The notes under the pieces were generated by a model that was not told where the DNA came from, made no database searches, and worked only from the letters and a program-made list of their open reading frames with translations. The translations under genes and the position numbers were made by a program. 64,000 nucleotides of DNA from Pseudomonadota bacterium (GTDB taxonomy: Bacteria; Pseudomonadota; Gammaproteobacteria; Pseudomonadales; Azotimanducaceae), in NCBI GenBank assembly GCA_038749065.1, contig JBCDIK010000001.1, forward strand, positions 9,506-73,505, in the 5' to 3' direction. The first letter of the stretch is position 1. Each line of letters opens with the position of its first letter. Shown here in pieces: positions 27,458-36,434 of this stretch.

Positions 27458-28596
27458 GCGAGTCACCGCAGACCCCCTCGCGGCGCAGCGGAATGACGCC
27501 TGCGCGCCTGTGGCAACGCTACGTCCTGCCGGCGCTGATCATCATCCCCATCTACTTCCTGTTTCTGGCCTACCCGCCCCTGCGCCTGATGGATCTGCTG
27601 CGCCCAGACTGGCAGCCGGGCACCGCGATGCTGCTCACTGTGTTCATCGGGCCGGCGCTGGGGCGACTGAGCTACGAGTGGCGACCGGGGCCGTCGACCC
27701 GGCGGCTGTCCGCGCTGGCCCTGACCTGGTGCGGCCTGTGTTTCGTGGCGCTGTGTCTGTTGCTGCCCTTCGAGGTGCTGAACGCTGTGCTGGATCTCCC
27801 GCGCCAGGCCAGCGGTCTGGTGCTGCTTGGCGCTGTCGCGGCGCTGGGATTCATCGGGGTCGCCCAGGCACAGCTGCTGCCGGTGCGTAAACTGCACCTC
27901 ACCGTCCCGCGCGCGGCCTGGCCAGAAGGCCCGGGGCGATGCGCAAGCCGCCCGCTACAGTTTGCCCAGATCAGTGACGTGCACATCGGCTCCCGGGAAC
28001 CCGCTTATCTGCGCCGCGTCGTGCGCCGGGTGGCCGAGCTGCCGGTGGACTACGTGCTGATCACCGGTGACCTGATCGACTTTCGCGACATTTCTCTCGC
28101 GCAGCTGCGACCGCTCGGCGACCTGCCGGTCCCGGTGTTGTTTTGCATCGGTAACCACGAACGCTACGTGGATCTGGAAGACATCTGCGAGCGACTGCGC
28201 CGGGTGGGGGTCATCGTGCTGCGCAACGAGTCGATCACCTTGAACGGGGTCCAGTTCATCGGTATCGATGATGCCGAGCGCCGCGACCAGGTTGCGAGGC
28301 ACCTGCCGGCCATCACGCCGGAAGCGGCACTGCGGGTGCTGCTTTACCACCGCCCCGACGGCGCTGAGGCGGCGCAGCAGTGGGGGGCGCACCTCATGTT
28401 CTGCGGTCATACGCACAACGGCCAGATCAAGCCCTTCAACCTGCTCGTGCGCCGGCAGTTTGCACGCATCGCCGGGCTTTACCGGATCGGCGATCTGCAG
28501 CTCTACGTGAGCCCGGGAACCGGCACCTGGGGGCCGGTCATGCGCCTGGGCACCTGCGGCGAGGTGACCTGGGTGACCGTTCGGAGTGACGTGTAA
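27454..28596 (+). CDS. membrane-bound metallophosphoesterase (calcineurin-like)
   Basis: About 4 N-terminal TM spans, followed by QISDVHIG, ITGDLID, GNHE and GHTHNGQ. The GTG start overlaps the upstream stop (GTGA). Confidence 0.8.
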   Translation: MSESPQTPSRRSGMTPARLWQRYVLPALIIIPIYFLFLAYPPLRLMDLLRPDWQPGTAMLLTVFIGPALGRLSYEWRPGPSTRRLSALALTWCGLCFVALCLLLPFEVLNAVLDLPRQASGLVLLGAVAALGFIGVAQAQLLPVRKLHLTVPRAAWPEGPGRCASRPLQFAQISDVHIGSREPAYLRRVVRRVAELPVDYVLITGDLIDFRDISLAQLRPLGDLPVPVLFCIGNHERYVDLEDICERLRRVGVIVLRNESITLNGVQFIGIDDAERRDQVARHLPAITPEAALRVLLYHRPDGAEAAQQWGAHLMFCGHTHNGQIKPFNLLVRRQFARIAGLYRIGDLQLYVSPGTGTWGPVMRLGTCGEVTWVTVRSDV

Positions 28597-28627
28597 ATGC
28601 ATCATAATCCGATCCTTTGATGCATTT
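28595..28627. promoter_or_regulatory. perfect 10-bp inverted repeat AAATGCATCA-N13-TGATGCATTT (terminator and/or TA operator)
   Basis: Read base by base at 28595-28604 and 28618-28627. It sits in an A+T-rich patch starting at the second base of the phosphoesterase stop (28594-28596) and ending 34 nt upstream of the antitoxin ATG. Confidence 0.4.
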
Positions 28628-28660
28628 GCAACAGCCAACACTTTGCCCCATACTCAGCCC

Positions 28661-29020
28661 ATGACCGCACAACCCGACCACACCCCTGATCCCGCCGCCG
28701 TGCTCGGCAAAGCTGCCGGCCGCGCCGCAGCGGCATTCGGCCTGACGGGCTCGGAGCTGGCGACAATCATCGGTCGCGATCGCAGCAGCATCGCCCGGGC
28801 GGGCATCGATCCGGCCAGCAAGGCCGGAGAGCTGGCGCTGCTGCTGGTTCGCAGCTATCGCTCCCTGGCGGTGCTGGTGGATGGCAACGAGGCCCAGCTC
28901 AAGCAGTGGCTGCGCACGGACAACGCTCACACCGGCGGCGTGCCGCTCGAGCAGCTGCGCAGCGTCTCCGGGCTCGTGACCGTGGTCGGCTACCTCGATG
29001 CGATTCGCGGGCGCGTCTGA
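28661..29020 (+). CDS. Xre/MbcA/ParS-type antitoxin (DUF2384-like C-terminal toxin-binding domain)
   Basis: About 120 aa. The HTH-like segment is FGLTGSELATIIGRDRSSIAR. The C-terminus is EAQLKQWLRTDNAHTGGVPLEQLRSVSGLVTVVGYLDAIR, typical of antitoxins paired with RES toxins. It lies directly upstream of the RES gene. Confidence 0.72.
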   Translation: MTAQPDHTPDPAAVLGKAAGRAAAAFGLTGSELATIIGRDRSSIARAGIDPASKAGELALLLVRSYRSLAVLVDGNEAQLKQWLRTDNAHTGGVPLEQLRSVSGLVTVVGYLDAIRGRV

Positions 29021-29029
29021 GACGCGCTC

Positions 29030-29776
29030 GTGAACTGGGCGCCCTGCCTTGCGGTCGCGCGGCCGACGGTCCTGCTGGGCACGCTGAAGCGCATGGTCGA
29101 GAGCCAGAAGCAGGTGGCCACGCTGCCGCTGGTCGACAGCCTGGACGAGCACCAGGTGCTGGAAACGCTGCTGGAAGACTCCAAGCCCGCCCTACCTGAC
29201 AGCCTGGCCCGGCTCGACTACCTGCTGCGTAGCCCCTGGCGCTATCCCCCGTTACCCTGGGGGTCGCGCTTTGGCACCCGCTATGAGCCAGGGTTGTTTT
29301 ACGGTGCGCTGTCGAACGCCGCGCTGTTCGCCGAGACCGCGTTCTACCGGTTGGTGTTTCTGGACGGCCCCAGGCGCCCCCTGGCGGGACGCGTGACGAG
29401 TCAGCACACGCTGTTCAGCGCCCGCTACCGGGCCGAGGCGGGCTACGACCTCACGAGCGCGCCGTTCGCGGAGCACCAGGCCGTGCTGACTGACCCGCAG
29501 CACTACACGCCCTGCCAGGCGCTCGGGACCGCCCTGCGTGCGGCCGGCGCCGAGGCCTTCATCTATCGCTCCGCGCGCGTGGCCGAGCGCGAGGCCGAGG
29601 GCAACAACATCGCTCTGCTAACGCCCGCCGCCCTGCGTTCACGCCGGCATCTGCAGCCGCAACCGGTGCTGTGCGAGGCAACCACAGAGACCGTGAGCCT
29701 GCGGCACGGTGATCGGGTGCATCGCTTCGCCCGGGCCCAGTTCCTGGTCGACGGGGTCCTGCCAATGCCGGCCTAA
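29030..29776 (+). CDS. RES domain toxin
   Basis: SRFGTRYEPGLFYGALSNAALFAETAFYR (Arg and Glu region) and FIYRSARV (Ser region), followed by NIALLTP. The GTG start lies 9 nt after the antitoxin stop (ATG 29093 is an alternative). Confidence 0.72.
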   Translation: MNWAPCLAVARPTVLLGTLKRMVESQKQVATLPLVDSLDEHQVLETLLEDSKPALPDSLARLDYLLRSPWRYPPLPWGSRFGTRYEPGLFYGALSNAALFAETAFYRLVFLDGPRRPLAGRVTSQHTLFSARYRAEAGYDLTSAPFAEHQAVLTDPQHYTPCQALGTALRAAGAEAFIYRSARVAEREAEGNNIALLTPAALRSRRHLQPQPVLCEATTETVSLRHGDRVHRFARAQFLVDGVLPMPA

Positions 29777-29816
29777 CCGGTATCATGGCGCCTGCACACA
29801 CACAGCGAGCAGCGCG

Positions 29817-30506
29817 ATGGCCTATGAAGAAGCCCCGGAACTGATCATCGAGCAGATCGAAATCGGGCCGATGCAGAACTTCACCTACCTGATCGGCTCG
29901 CGCGCAACGCGCGAGGTGGTCGTGGTCGATCCGGCCTGGGACATCGACGGGCTGCTCAAGCACATCAATGAGCGGGACTACCAGCTCTCCGGCGCGCTAG
30001 TGACCCACTATCACCCGGACCACATCGGCGGCGCCTTTGGCGGCCACGAGATTGAAGGGCTCGCTGAGCTGCTGGCGAAAAACCCGGTGCACATCTACGC
30101 CAACCGGCAGGAGGCTGCGGGCGTGAAGAAGGTCACCGGGATCTCCGACAGTGATCTGAAGGCGGTGGATTCCGGCGACAAGCTGACCATCGGCGATATC
30201 GAAGTAGAGTTTCTGCATACGCCCGGCCATACCCCCGGCAGTCAGTGCTTTAAGATCAAGAACACGCTGGTCTCCGGCGATACGCTGTTCATCAACGGTT
30301 GCGGCCGGGTCGACCTGCCCGGCAGCGACGTGGAAGACATGTTCCGCAGCATGCGCAAGCTCAGCGATCTGCCGGACGACACGCTGCTGCTCCCGGGGCA
30401 CAACTACGGCCCGGTGCCAAACGCCACCATGGCCGATACGAAGCAGCAGAACCCTTACCTGAAGGTTGACGACGTCAACACCTTCAAGATGTTTATGGGT
30501 CAGTAA
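29817..30506 (+). CDS. MBL-fold metallo-hydrolase (glyoxalase II-like)
   Basis: VTHYHPDHIGG (HxHxDH), HTPGHTPGS, GDTLF and LPGHNY. The ATG at 29817 was chosen over the overlapping longer ORF. Confidence 0.85.
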   Translation: MAYEEAPELIIEQIEIGPMQNFTYLIGSRATREVVVVDPAWDIDGLLKHINERDYQLSGALVTHYHPDHIGGAFGGHEIEGLAELLAKNPVHIYANRQEAAGVKKVTGISDSDLKAVDSGDKLTIGDIEVEFLHTPGHTPGSQCFKIKNTLVSGDTLFINGCGRVDLPGSDVEDMFRSMRKLSDLPDDTLLLPGHNYGPVPNATMADTKQQNPYLKVDDVNTFKMFMGQ

Positions 30507-30530
30507 GCGCGCGTCCGAGAGTACGGCTGG

Positions 30531-32156
30531 TTAGCGGTCGGCAGGCGTACCGGTGGTGCTCACCGGGGTTCCCGCCGGAGCCGGCAGACCCAGCGACTCG
30601 AAGTTAAGCGTCGCCGCATCGATATCGATGCGCGCGAGCTGTCGTCGCAGGGATGCTTTCAGCAGCGCGACCTCCGCGTTGGCCGCTGAGACTTCCCGCA
30701 GGTTGATCAGGAAAAAATCGCTCGCGCCCTGGCGCATCCGGGCGTTCTCCGCCCGCACCAGGGTGCGGTTCTGCTCCAGCTCCAGCTGCGCCAACTGCTC
30801 CAGATCTTCAGCAGCCCTGAGCTCGACCAGCAGATCGGCGAACTGCTGCGTGAGCTGATCGGTCTGCAGGCGTCGCTGCGCGTCCAGGGACGACAGCTCC
30901 GCTTCCGCCGCCGCCACCTCGCCACGCGCCTTGCGCCGCTGCAGCGGCACGGAGAACTTCAGCCCGACGATGGGATCTGTAGAGTCCCGAGACACGCCCC
31001 CCTGCCCGATGCCACCGGCGCTCTGCGCCAGATCGAAAGTCAGATCGAGGGTGGGCTCGAGCTCGTTGCGCGCGAGCGCAAGCTCAGCGTTGGCCCGCTG
31101 CGCGGCCACATTGAGCCGTTGAATCGAAGGATGCCGCGCGAGAATCTCGGGCAGCAGGGCGATGGTCGGCGCAAGTACCCTGGACCCCTGATCCGCCTCC
31201 GCCTGCGCCGCGATGGGCATCTCGGCCGGCAACTGAGCCCGGCGCGGCGCCTGCATCATCCCGTTGTCATCCCGGTAGTAGAGCGCCAGCGCGTTCGCGG
31301 CCTTGTCGAAGGCGGCGCGCGCTGTCGCGACCAGCACCCGACGATTGGTGATGTTGCGGGCGTTCTCGGTCAGATCGATGCGGGCCCGGGCCCCTCGGCG
31401 CACCTGCGCCTGCAGCGCATCGTCCCGTGCTAAAGACAGCGCCAGCAGCGACTCGTAGGCCCGCAGCTGCCGCCCCAGCGCACGCCAGTACCAGTACGCT
31501 GCGGCGGCCTTACGCTGGACCCCGATGCGGGTGATCAGCACATCGAGCTCAACCTGCTGCAGCGCGAGGCGCGCGTCCCGGATCGCGAAGCGGCGGTCGT
31601 CGATCGTGCGGTCCTTCATGAGCGAGAACAGGACGCCGACCTTCAGCCGCCCGCCCTTGTTGGTGAAGTACTCGTCGTAGTAAATCGGTAGCTCGCCCGC
31701 GGACAGATCCCAGCCGCCATACACTTCGCCGCCAAAGGCTCGCAGCGGCTGAGTCACCGTCGAGGTAAAGGTGCGCCCGTTATAGAACCCGCCCAGGTAT
31801 CCGAAGGTATCGGCCTCAAACAGCAGGTCGAAAGCCCCCTCCGTCGAGGTGACCTTGCCCGCCGCCTGCTCGCGCTGCTGCAGCGCTTCGAGAATGCTTG
31901 GATAGAAGCGGGCCGAGCGGGTCAGCACGCGCTCAAGCGTCAGCTCCTGATCCAGCTCATCGTCTCCGGGGATCACCTGGGGATCCGCGTAGCTGGGCGA
32001 GGTCGTCGCGGCCAGGGCCGGGTGGATCGGCAGTGCCGCCAGCAGCAACGCGCTGAGCCAGGCTCTGAGCCCGGCCAAGAGCCAGACCGACCGAGTCTGC
32101 GCATCAGCGCGCGCGCCGGAAGAAGGGCGCGCGCTAGAACGTCGGCGGAGGGGCAT
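30531..32156 (-). CDS. TolC-family outer membrane efflux protein
   Basis: Signal peptide ending ALAATT. The body is two long helical repeat halves rich in A/L/Q/R (LERVL..A....PSIL.A......A). It is the last gene of the ABC-HlyD-TolC operon and overlaps the HlyD gene by 23 nt. Confidence 0.78.
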   Translation of the reverse strand: MPLRRRSSARPSSGARADAQTRSVWLLAGLRAWLSALLLAALPIHPALAATTSPSYADPQVIPGDDELDQELTLERVLTRSARFYPSILEALQQREQAAGKVTSTEGAFDLLFEADTFGYLGGFYNGRTFTSTVTQPLRAFGGEVYGGWDLSAGELPIYYDEYFTNKGGRLKVGVLFSLMKDRTIDDRRFAIRDARLALQQVELDVLITRIGVQRKAAAAYWYWRALGRQLRAYESLLALSLARDDALQAQVRRGARARIDLTENARNITNRRVLVATARAAFDKAANALALYYRDDNGMMQAPRRAQLPAEMPIAAQAEADQGSRVLAPTIALLPEILARHPSIQRLNVAAQRANAELALARNELEPTLDLTFDLAQSAGGIGQGGVSRDSTDPIVGLKFSVPLQRRKARGEVAAAEAELSSLDAQRRLQTDQLTQQFADLLVELRAAEDLEQLAQLELEQNRTLVRAENARMRQGASDFFLINLREVSAANAEVALLKASLRRQLARIDIDAATLNFESLGLPAPAGTPVSTTGTPADR

Positions 32157-33171
32157 GCGCGGGAAATTCCGGGGGGAAATTGTTCACCTGGCGCCAGATT
32201 TCGAAGCCGACGGAGACGCGTTCCAGCAGCACCCAGCCGCGGGCGTTGGCACCGTAGCGAAGCACGTTCGAGTCCGGCCAGGCCCGCTCGGCCTCCGGGT
32301 GCTCGCTGATGATGACGCGAAAGCGCCCATCGGGCTGCGCTGAGGGATCGACGTTGACCACGACGCCATCGAAAACGCCGACGGCGATGGACGGCCAGCC
32401 GCTGAACTGGACCACTGGCCAGCCTTCGAACTGCAGCGTCACCCGCGCCCCGGGGTAGATGAGTGCGCTGTCGCGGCCGTCGATGAACAGCTCGACCGCG
32501 CGTCCGGCATCGGCCGGGACGAAGCTCGCGAGCGGGTCACCAGCGCTGACGAACGTTGCGCTGTCACCGGCGTTCACCTGCAGGATCACCCCGTCCCTGG
32601 GGGCCCGCACCAGCTGCACGCTGCCCCGGGACAGGCGCACTTCGGCGCGGGTCAGCGCCGCCGCTGCCGCCGCCACGCTGGCCTTGCGCTCCTCGAAGCG
32701 AATGCGCGCCTGCTCGAACTCGCGTTGCGCCGCCAGGCCTTCGTCGAGCAGCGCCTGGGTGCGGCGGTAGTCGATCTCGGCCGTCGTCATGGCAGATTCC
32801 GCCGCCTGCAGCTGCGCGCTGAGCTGTTCCTTTTCCTGCTGCAGGCGCTCGATGAGCTGCGGGTCGTTATCGATGATCCGGGCGATGGGATCGCCGACCT
32901 TCACACGGCTGCCGTCACGAACAAACCACTGCTGGATTCGCCCGGACACGAGCGCATTGATTTCCTGCAGCCGATCATTCGGATCGAGCGCGATCACGCG
33001 CCCGCTGCCAGCGGCCGTCTGGACCCAGGGGGCAAACACCAGAAAACACACCACCATGATCAGACTGGCGATAATGATCCAGCCGGTGATCCACATGACC
33101 CGGGGCTTCCAGATCGAATCGAGCGATCGAAACAGGTGTGCGTGCTGCTCCCGGTGCGACGACGCTGCCAC
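32134..33171 (-). CDS. HlyD-family membrane fusion (periplasmic adaptor) protein
   Basis: N-terminal TM ITGWIIIASLIMVVCFLVF. The lipoyl-like segment is SGRIQQWFVRDGSRVKVGDPIARI. It also has a coiled coil, VRAPRDGVI and a beta-barrel C-terminus. The GTG start shares 1 nt with the ABC gene stop. Confidence 0.8.
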   Translation of the reverse strand: MAASSHREQHAHLFRSLDSIWKPRVMWITGWIIIASLIMVVCFLVFAPWVQTAAGSGRVIALDPNDRLQEINALVSGRIQQWFVRDGSRVKVGDPIARIIDNDPQLIERLQQEKEQLSAQLQAAESAMTTAEIDYRRTQALLDEGLAAQREFEQARIRFEERKASVAAAAAALTRAEVRLSRGSVQLVRAPRDGVILQVNAGDSATFVSAGDPLASFVPADAGRAVELFIDGRDSALIYPGARVTLQFEGWPVVQFSGWPSIAVGVFDGVVVNVDPSAQPDGRFRVIISEHPEAERAWPDSNVLRYGANARGWVLLERVSVGFEIWRQVNNFPPEFPAHAPPPTF

Positions 33172-34892
33172 TACACCCCCTCCGAAGCGGGCACGCGTGG
33201 CGCCAGCCCTTGCTGAATCCGATCGGAGAAGCTGTCGAAGTCGGAGAACAGGAGCTGTGAACGCGCTTCGAGCAGGAGCCAGTGATCACAGCCCAGATCC
33301 GGTTCGCTCGAGGACATGACCATGATGGTGGTCTGTCCCTGCGTGACTTCCGTCAGCAGGTCGAGCGCGGCGCGCAGCTGCGCCTCCGGCATCATGTCGT
33401 AGAGCTGGTTCAGCACCAGCAGGTTCGGTTGCGCGATGATGGCACTGGCCAGCTTGAGCTGCATGTTCTCGGCGATGGAGAGCGGCCAGCCGCTGGCCGT
33501 GATGCGCGTGTCGAGCCCGGCGTCGAGCTTGCCCACCGTATCTTCCAGACCCACCGCCTGCAGTGTTTCCAGCAGGAGCCCGGGATCCCCATCGCGCCCA
33601 GACAGTTCCAGGAACTCCCGCATGGACATATCGATGGCGTTCGGCCGGTCGAGCACGATGATCTGTTGGCGCTGGGTGTGCTGCGGAATCGCATCCATAT
33701 CGATCCCACCCAGGGTCGCGAAGCCGCTCGCCGGAGACTCGTGTCCTTTCAGGAACCCGTTCATGGCCCGCACCGGGCCGTACTGGTCCGCGTGCACCAG
33801 CACGCGAGCGCCCGCGGGAATCGCAAAGTCCAGGCGAACCTCTTCACCGCGCAGCTTCATGGTCGCCTGGCTGAACGCCAGATCGCCGGTGGTGGCGCGC
33901 TCGCCGCGATTGGCGCTGAACTTCTCCTGGTCGACGTCGTAGAACAGCGCCAGCTCGTCGATCGCAGCGCAAAGATCGTAGAAGTAGGTCAGGTACAACC
34001 CGAGCTGGGAAATCCCGACAAAAACCACCGACAACACCAGTTCCGCCGCTACGAGCTGACCGATCGACAGTTCGCCCTGAATCACCAGCCAGCCACCCAG
34101 GCCAAGCAGCAGTGCGCTGGACGCGGCGTACAGCAACAGCAGCGCCAGCGTCTGCGAAAAGTGATGACGAAAGTGCAAGCGCTGCTGGGAGATGAAGCGG
34201 TCCGTCATGGCATCGGTGTGTGCCAGGGCGTAGTCGATGTGGCGCTCGGACTTGAAGAAGCCGTTCGAGTCGCCCAGCCCCTCAAGCCAGGCGGCGACCG
34301 CGTGCTTGCGATGGGACAGCTCCACTGCCGAGCGCATGGCCCGTCGGCCCCAGATGAGCCATACGGACCAGATCAGGAGGACGAGCACCACGCTGAACGC
34401 CAGAAACAGCGGGTGGTAGAGAGAGACCAGCACGAACCCGACCAGCGTCTGCAGGACGATCGTGAAGCCGCCCACGAGCAGATAGGGCACGGTCTTGGTG
34501 ACGATGATGGCGTCGAAGTAGCGGTTGAAGAGCGCGCCCTCACCGCTGTCCTCGAAGTGCGGGTTGACCGCATAGATGGCCCGCAGGGCAATCTCGGACA
34601 CGATTCGCGCGTAGAAACGCCGACTGAACAGATCCATGAGGTGAATGCGCAGCGCGTTGAGGAGGCTGGCGAAGACCAGCAGCACGAACAGCGCCAGCGA
34701 CAGGATGATCAGCGGCGTGATCAGCCCCGTGTAAGCCACGGTATTGATCAGCAGCTGCACGGAGATCGGCGTCGCCAGTGACAGGAGGCTGATGCCGACG
34801 CCGTAGATCAGCACCAGCGCAAAGTAGCGGTCCTCGGGCCCGAGAATGACACCGATGAACCGCCAGACATCTGCCAGACTTCGGGGACTCAA
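33171..34892 (-). CDS. ABC exporter-type protein (6-TM domain + nucleotide-binding-like domain) with degenerate ATPase motifs
   Basis: 573 aa. The type-I-exporter TMD covers aa 20-310. The C-terminal NBD-like fold has none of the catalytic motifs intact: no GxxGxGK(S/T), no LSGGQ, no Walker B D-E and no H-loop His (details in finding). Confidence 0.7.
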   Translation of the reverse strand: MSPRSLADVWRFIGVILGPEDRYFALVLIYGVGISLLSLATPISVQLLINTVAYTGLITPLIILSLALFVLLVFASLLNALRIHLMDLFSRRFYARIVSEIALRAIYAVNPHFEDSGEGALFNRYFDAIIVTKTVPYLLVGGFTIVLQTLVGFVLVSLYHPLFLAFSVVLVLLIWSVWLIWGRRAMRSAVELSHRKHAVAAWLEGLGDSNGFFKSERHIDYALAHTDAMTDRFISQQRLHFRHHFSQTLALLLLYAASSALLLGLGGWLVIQGELSIGQLVAAELVLSVVFVGISQLGLYLTYFYDLCAAIDELALFYDVDQEKFSANRGERATTGDLAFSQATMKLRGEEVRLDFAIPAGARVLVHADQYGPVRAMNGFLKGHESPASGFATLGGIDMDAIPQHTQRQQIIVLDRPNAIDMSMREFLELSGRDGDPGLLLETLQAVGLEDTVGKLDAGLDTRITASGWPLSIAENMQLKLASAIIAQPNLLVLNQLYDMMPEAQLRAALDLLTEVTQGQTTIMVMSSSEPDLGCDHWLLLEARSQLLFSDFDSFSDRIQQGLAPRVPASEGV

Positions 34893-34923
34893 AATTGGCC
34901 TACCCTGGCACGCTGCATCGGTG

Positions 34924-35433
34924 TCAGTCCGGCGCGCAGTCCGGCAGGCCGGCGCTCGCCAGCATCCGCACCGTGAGGTCCGAGCAGCGGCTCACCGGCT
35001 CAAAGCGCGCAGTGCGCCCGAGCAGCGGTGTCCCGATGTAGCCGCGCATCTTCAGGTCGCCTTTGCGATCGACGCTCATGCGCGAGCTATAGGTCTTGCC
35101 GCTCTCAGGATCATAGATCTCGCCTTGCCAGCGCTCGCCGGTCCAGCGGTAGCCCGCAAGCAGGTTCAGGCCCAGCACCGGCTGGTCACGGCGCGCAGGG
35201 TCCGGATTGTTCCGATCTGTGACCGGCTGGCCCACAGGTCCGCCCTCGCCTTCGCGAAACAGAGGGTTCTTGAGCGCAATGACCGTGGCCGCGAGGCCGC
35301 CCTCGGCGCTGCGGGCAACCTCGATAATCGAGCTGTCACCCGCCCAGCGACCCAGCACCGCCTCAGAAGGGTCCTGCGCCAACGCGCTCGCGGTGACAAG
35401 CACCGCGGCGAGCGCGAGGAGGCCGCGACTCAA
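34924..35433 (-). CDS. DUF2147 domain-containing periplasmic protein
   Basis: Signal peptide [17 protein letters not shown], then [24 protein letters not shown] and LKMRGYIG, matching the DUF2147 pattern. The only available start is TTG 35433, which overlaps the mdh stop (TTGA). Confidence 0.6.
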   Translation of the reverse strand: MSRGLLALAAVLVTASALAQDPSEAVLGRWAGDSSIIEVARSAEGGLAATVIALKNPLFREGEGGPVGQPVTDRNNPDPARRDQPVLGLNLLAGYRWTGERWQGEIYDPESGKTYSSRMSVDRKGDLKMRGYIGTPLLGRTARFEPVSRCSDLTVRMLASAGLPDCAPD

Positions 35434-36404
35434 GGCAACAGATGCGCGACGGCGTCGCGCTCCTCGGCCAGCTCAGTTTCCGTCGCGGTCATCTTGTCGC
35501 GGCTGAACGCGTTGATATCGAGTCCCTGGACGATCTGCCAGTCGCCGCCGCTGCACGTCACCGGGAAGGAATAGATGAGGCCTTCGGCAATGCCGTAGCT
35601 GCCGTCGGAGTAGACGCCCATGCTGACGACGCCGTCACTGCCCAGTGCCCAGTCGTGCATATGGTCGATCGCGGCATTCGCGGCAGACGCCGCGCTGGAG
35701 GCACCACGCGCTTCGATGATCGCCGCGCCCCGTTGCTGCACCGTCGGGATGAAATCGTTCTCGTACCAGGGCTGATCGACCAGGTTCATGGCCGTCTCTC
35801 CAGCGACAGTCGCATGATGCAGGTCCGGGTACTGGGTGGCCGAGTGATTGCCCCAGATGCACAGGTCTTTCACGTCCGTGGTGTGCTTACCAGTCTTCAC
35901 GGCGAGCTGCGCCATGGCCCGGTTGTGATCCAGCCGCGTCATGGCCGTGAACTGCCGCGGGTCGATGTCGGGCGCGTTGCGCTGGGCGATCAGGCTGTTG
36001 GTGTTTGCCGGGTTGCCGACCACCAGCACCTTCACGTCCCGGGAGGCGTGGTCGTTGATGGCCTTGCCCTGTACGGAAAAGATCGCGGCGTTGGCCTCGA
36101 GCAGGTCCTTGCGCTCCATGCCCTTGCTACGCGGGCGGGAGCCCACCAGTAGCGCGTAGTCCGTGTCCTTGAAGGCGACGTTGGGATCGCTCGTCGGAAT
36201 CATGTCCGCCACGAGCGGGAAGGCGCAGTCCTGGACCTCCATGATGACCCCCTTCAGGGCATCCATGGCCGGTGGGATCTCGAGCAGCTGCATGATCACG
36301 GGCTGATCCTTGCCGAGCATCTCGCCAGACGCAACGCGGAACAACAGGGCGTAGCCGATCTGGCCAGCGGCGCCGGTGATGGTGACGCGAACGGGGGCTT
36401 TCAT
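35430..36404 (-). CDS. mdh: malate dehydrogenase
   Basis: The N-terminus [36 protein letters not shown] is typical of the NAD-dependent MDH clade, followed by [16 protein letters not shown] and IWGNHS. Confidence 0.93.
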   Translation of the reverse strand: MKAPVRVTITGAAGQIGYALLFRVASGEMLGKDQPVIMQLLEIPPAMDALKGVIMEVQDCAFPLVADMIPTSDPNVAFKDTDYALLVGSRPRSKGMERKDLLEANAAIFSVQGKAINDHASRDVKVLVVGNPANTNSLIAQRNAPDIDPRQFTAMTRLDHNRAMAQLAVKTGKHTTDVKDLCIWGNHSATQYPDLHHATVAGETAMNLVDQPWYENDFIPTVQQRGAAIIEARGASSAASAANAAIDHMHDWALGSDGVVSMGVYSDGSYGIAEGLIYSFPVTCSGGDWQIVQGLDINAFSRDKMTATETELAEERDAVAHLLP

Positions 36405-36434
36405 GCAGTTTCTCCGAGTAAAAGGACGCGCATT

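Noticed and set aside
33282-34781. 499-aa plus-strand ORF opposite the ABC gene, and similar long antisense ORFs at 6547-7671, 38357-39577, 39872-40903, 42829-44037, 44894-46018, 51974-53134, 57209-58333 and 61884-63239
   Set aside because: Each lies antisense to a gene with clear family motifs. The translations are dominated by Arg/Gly/Asp/His/Gln strings with no recognisable domains. Stop codons are rare in GC-rich antisense frames.
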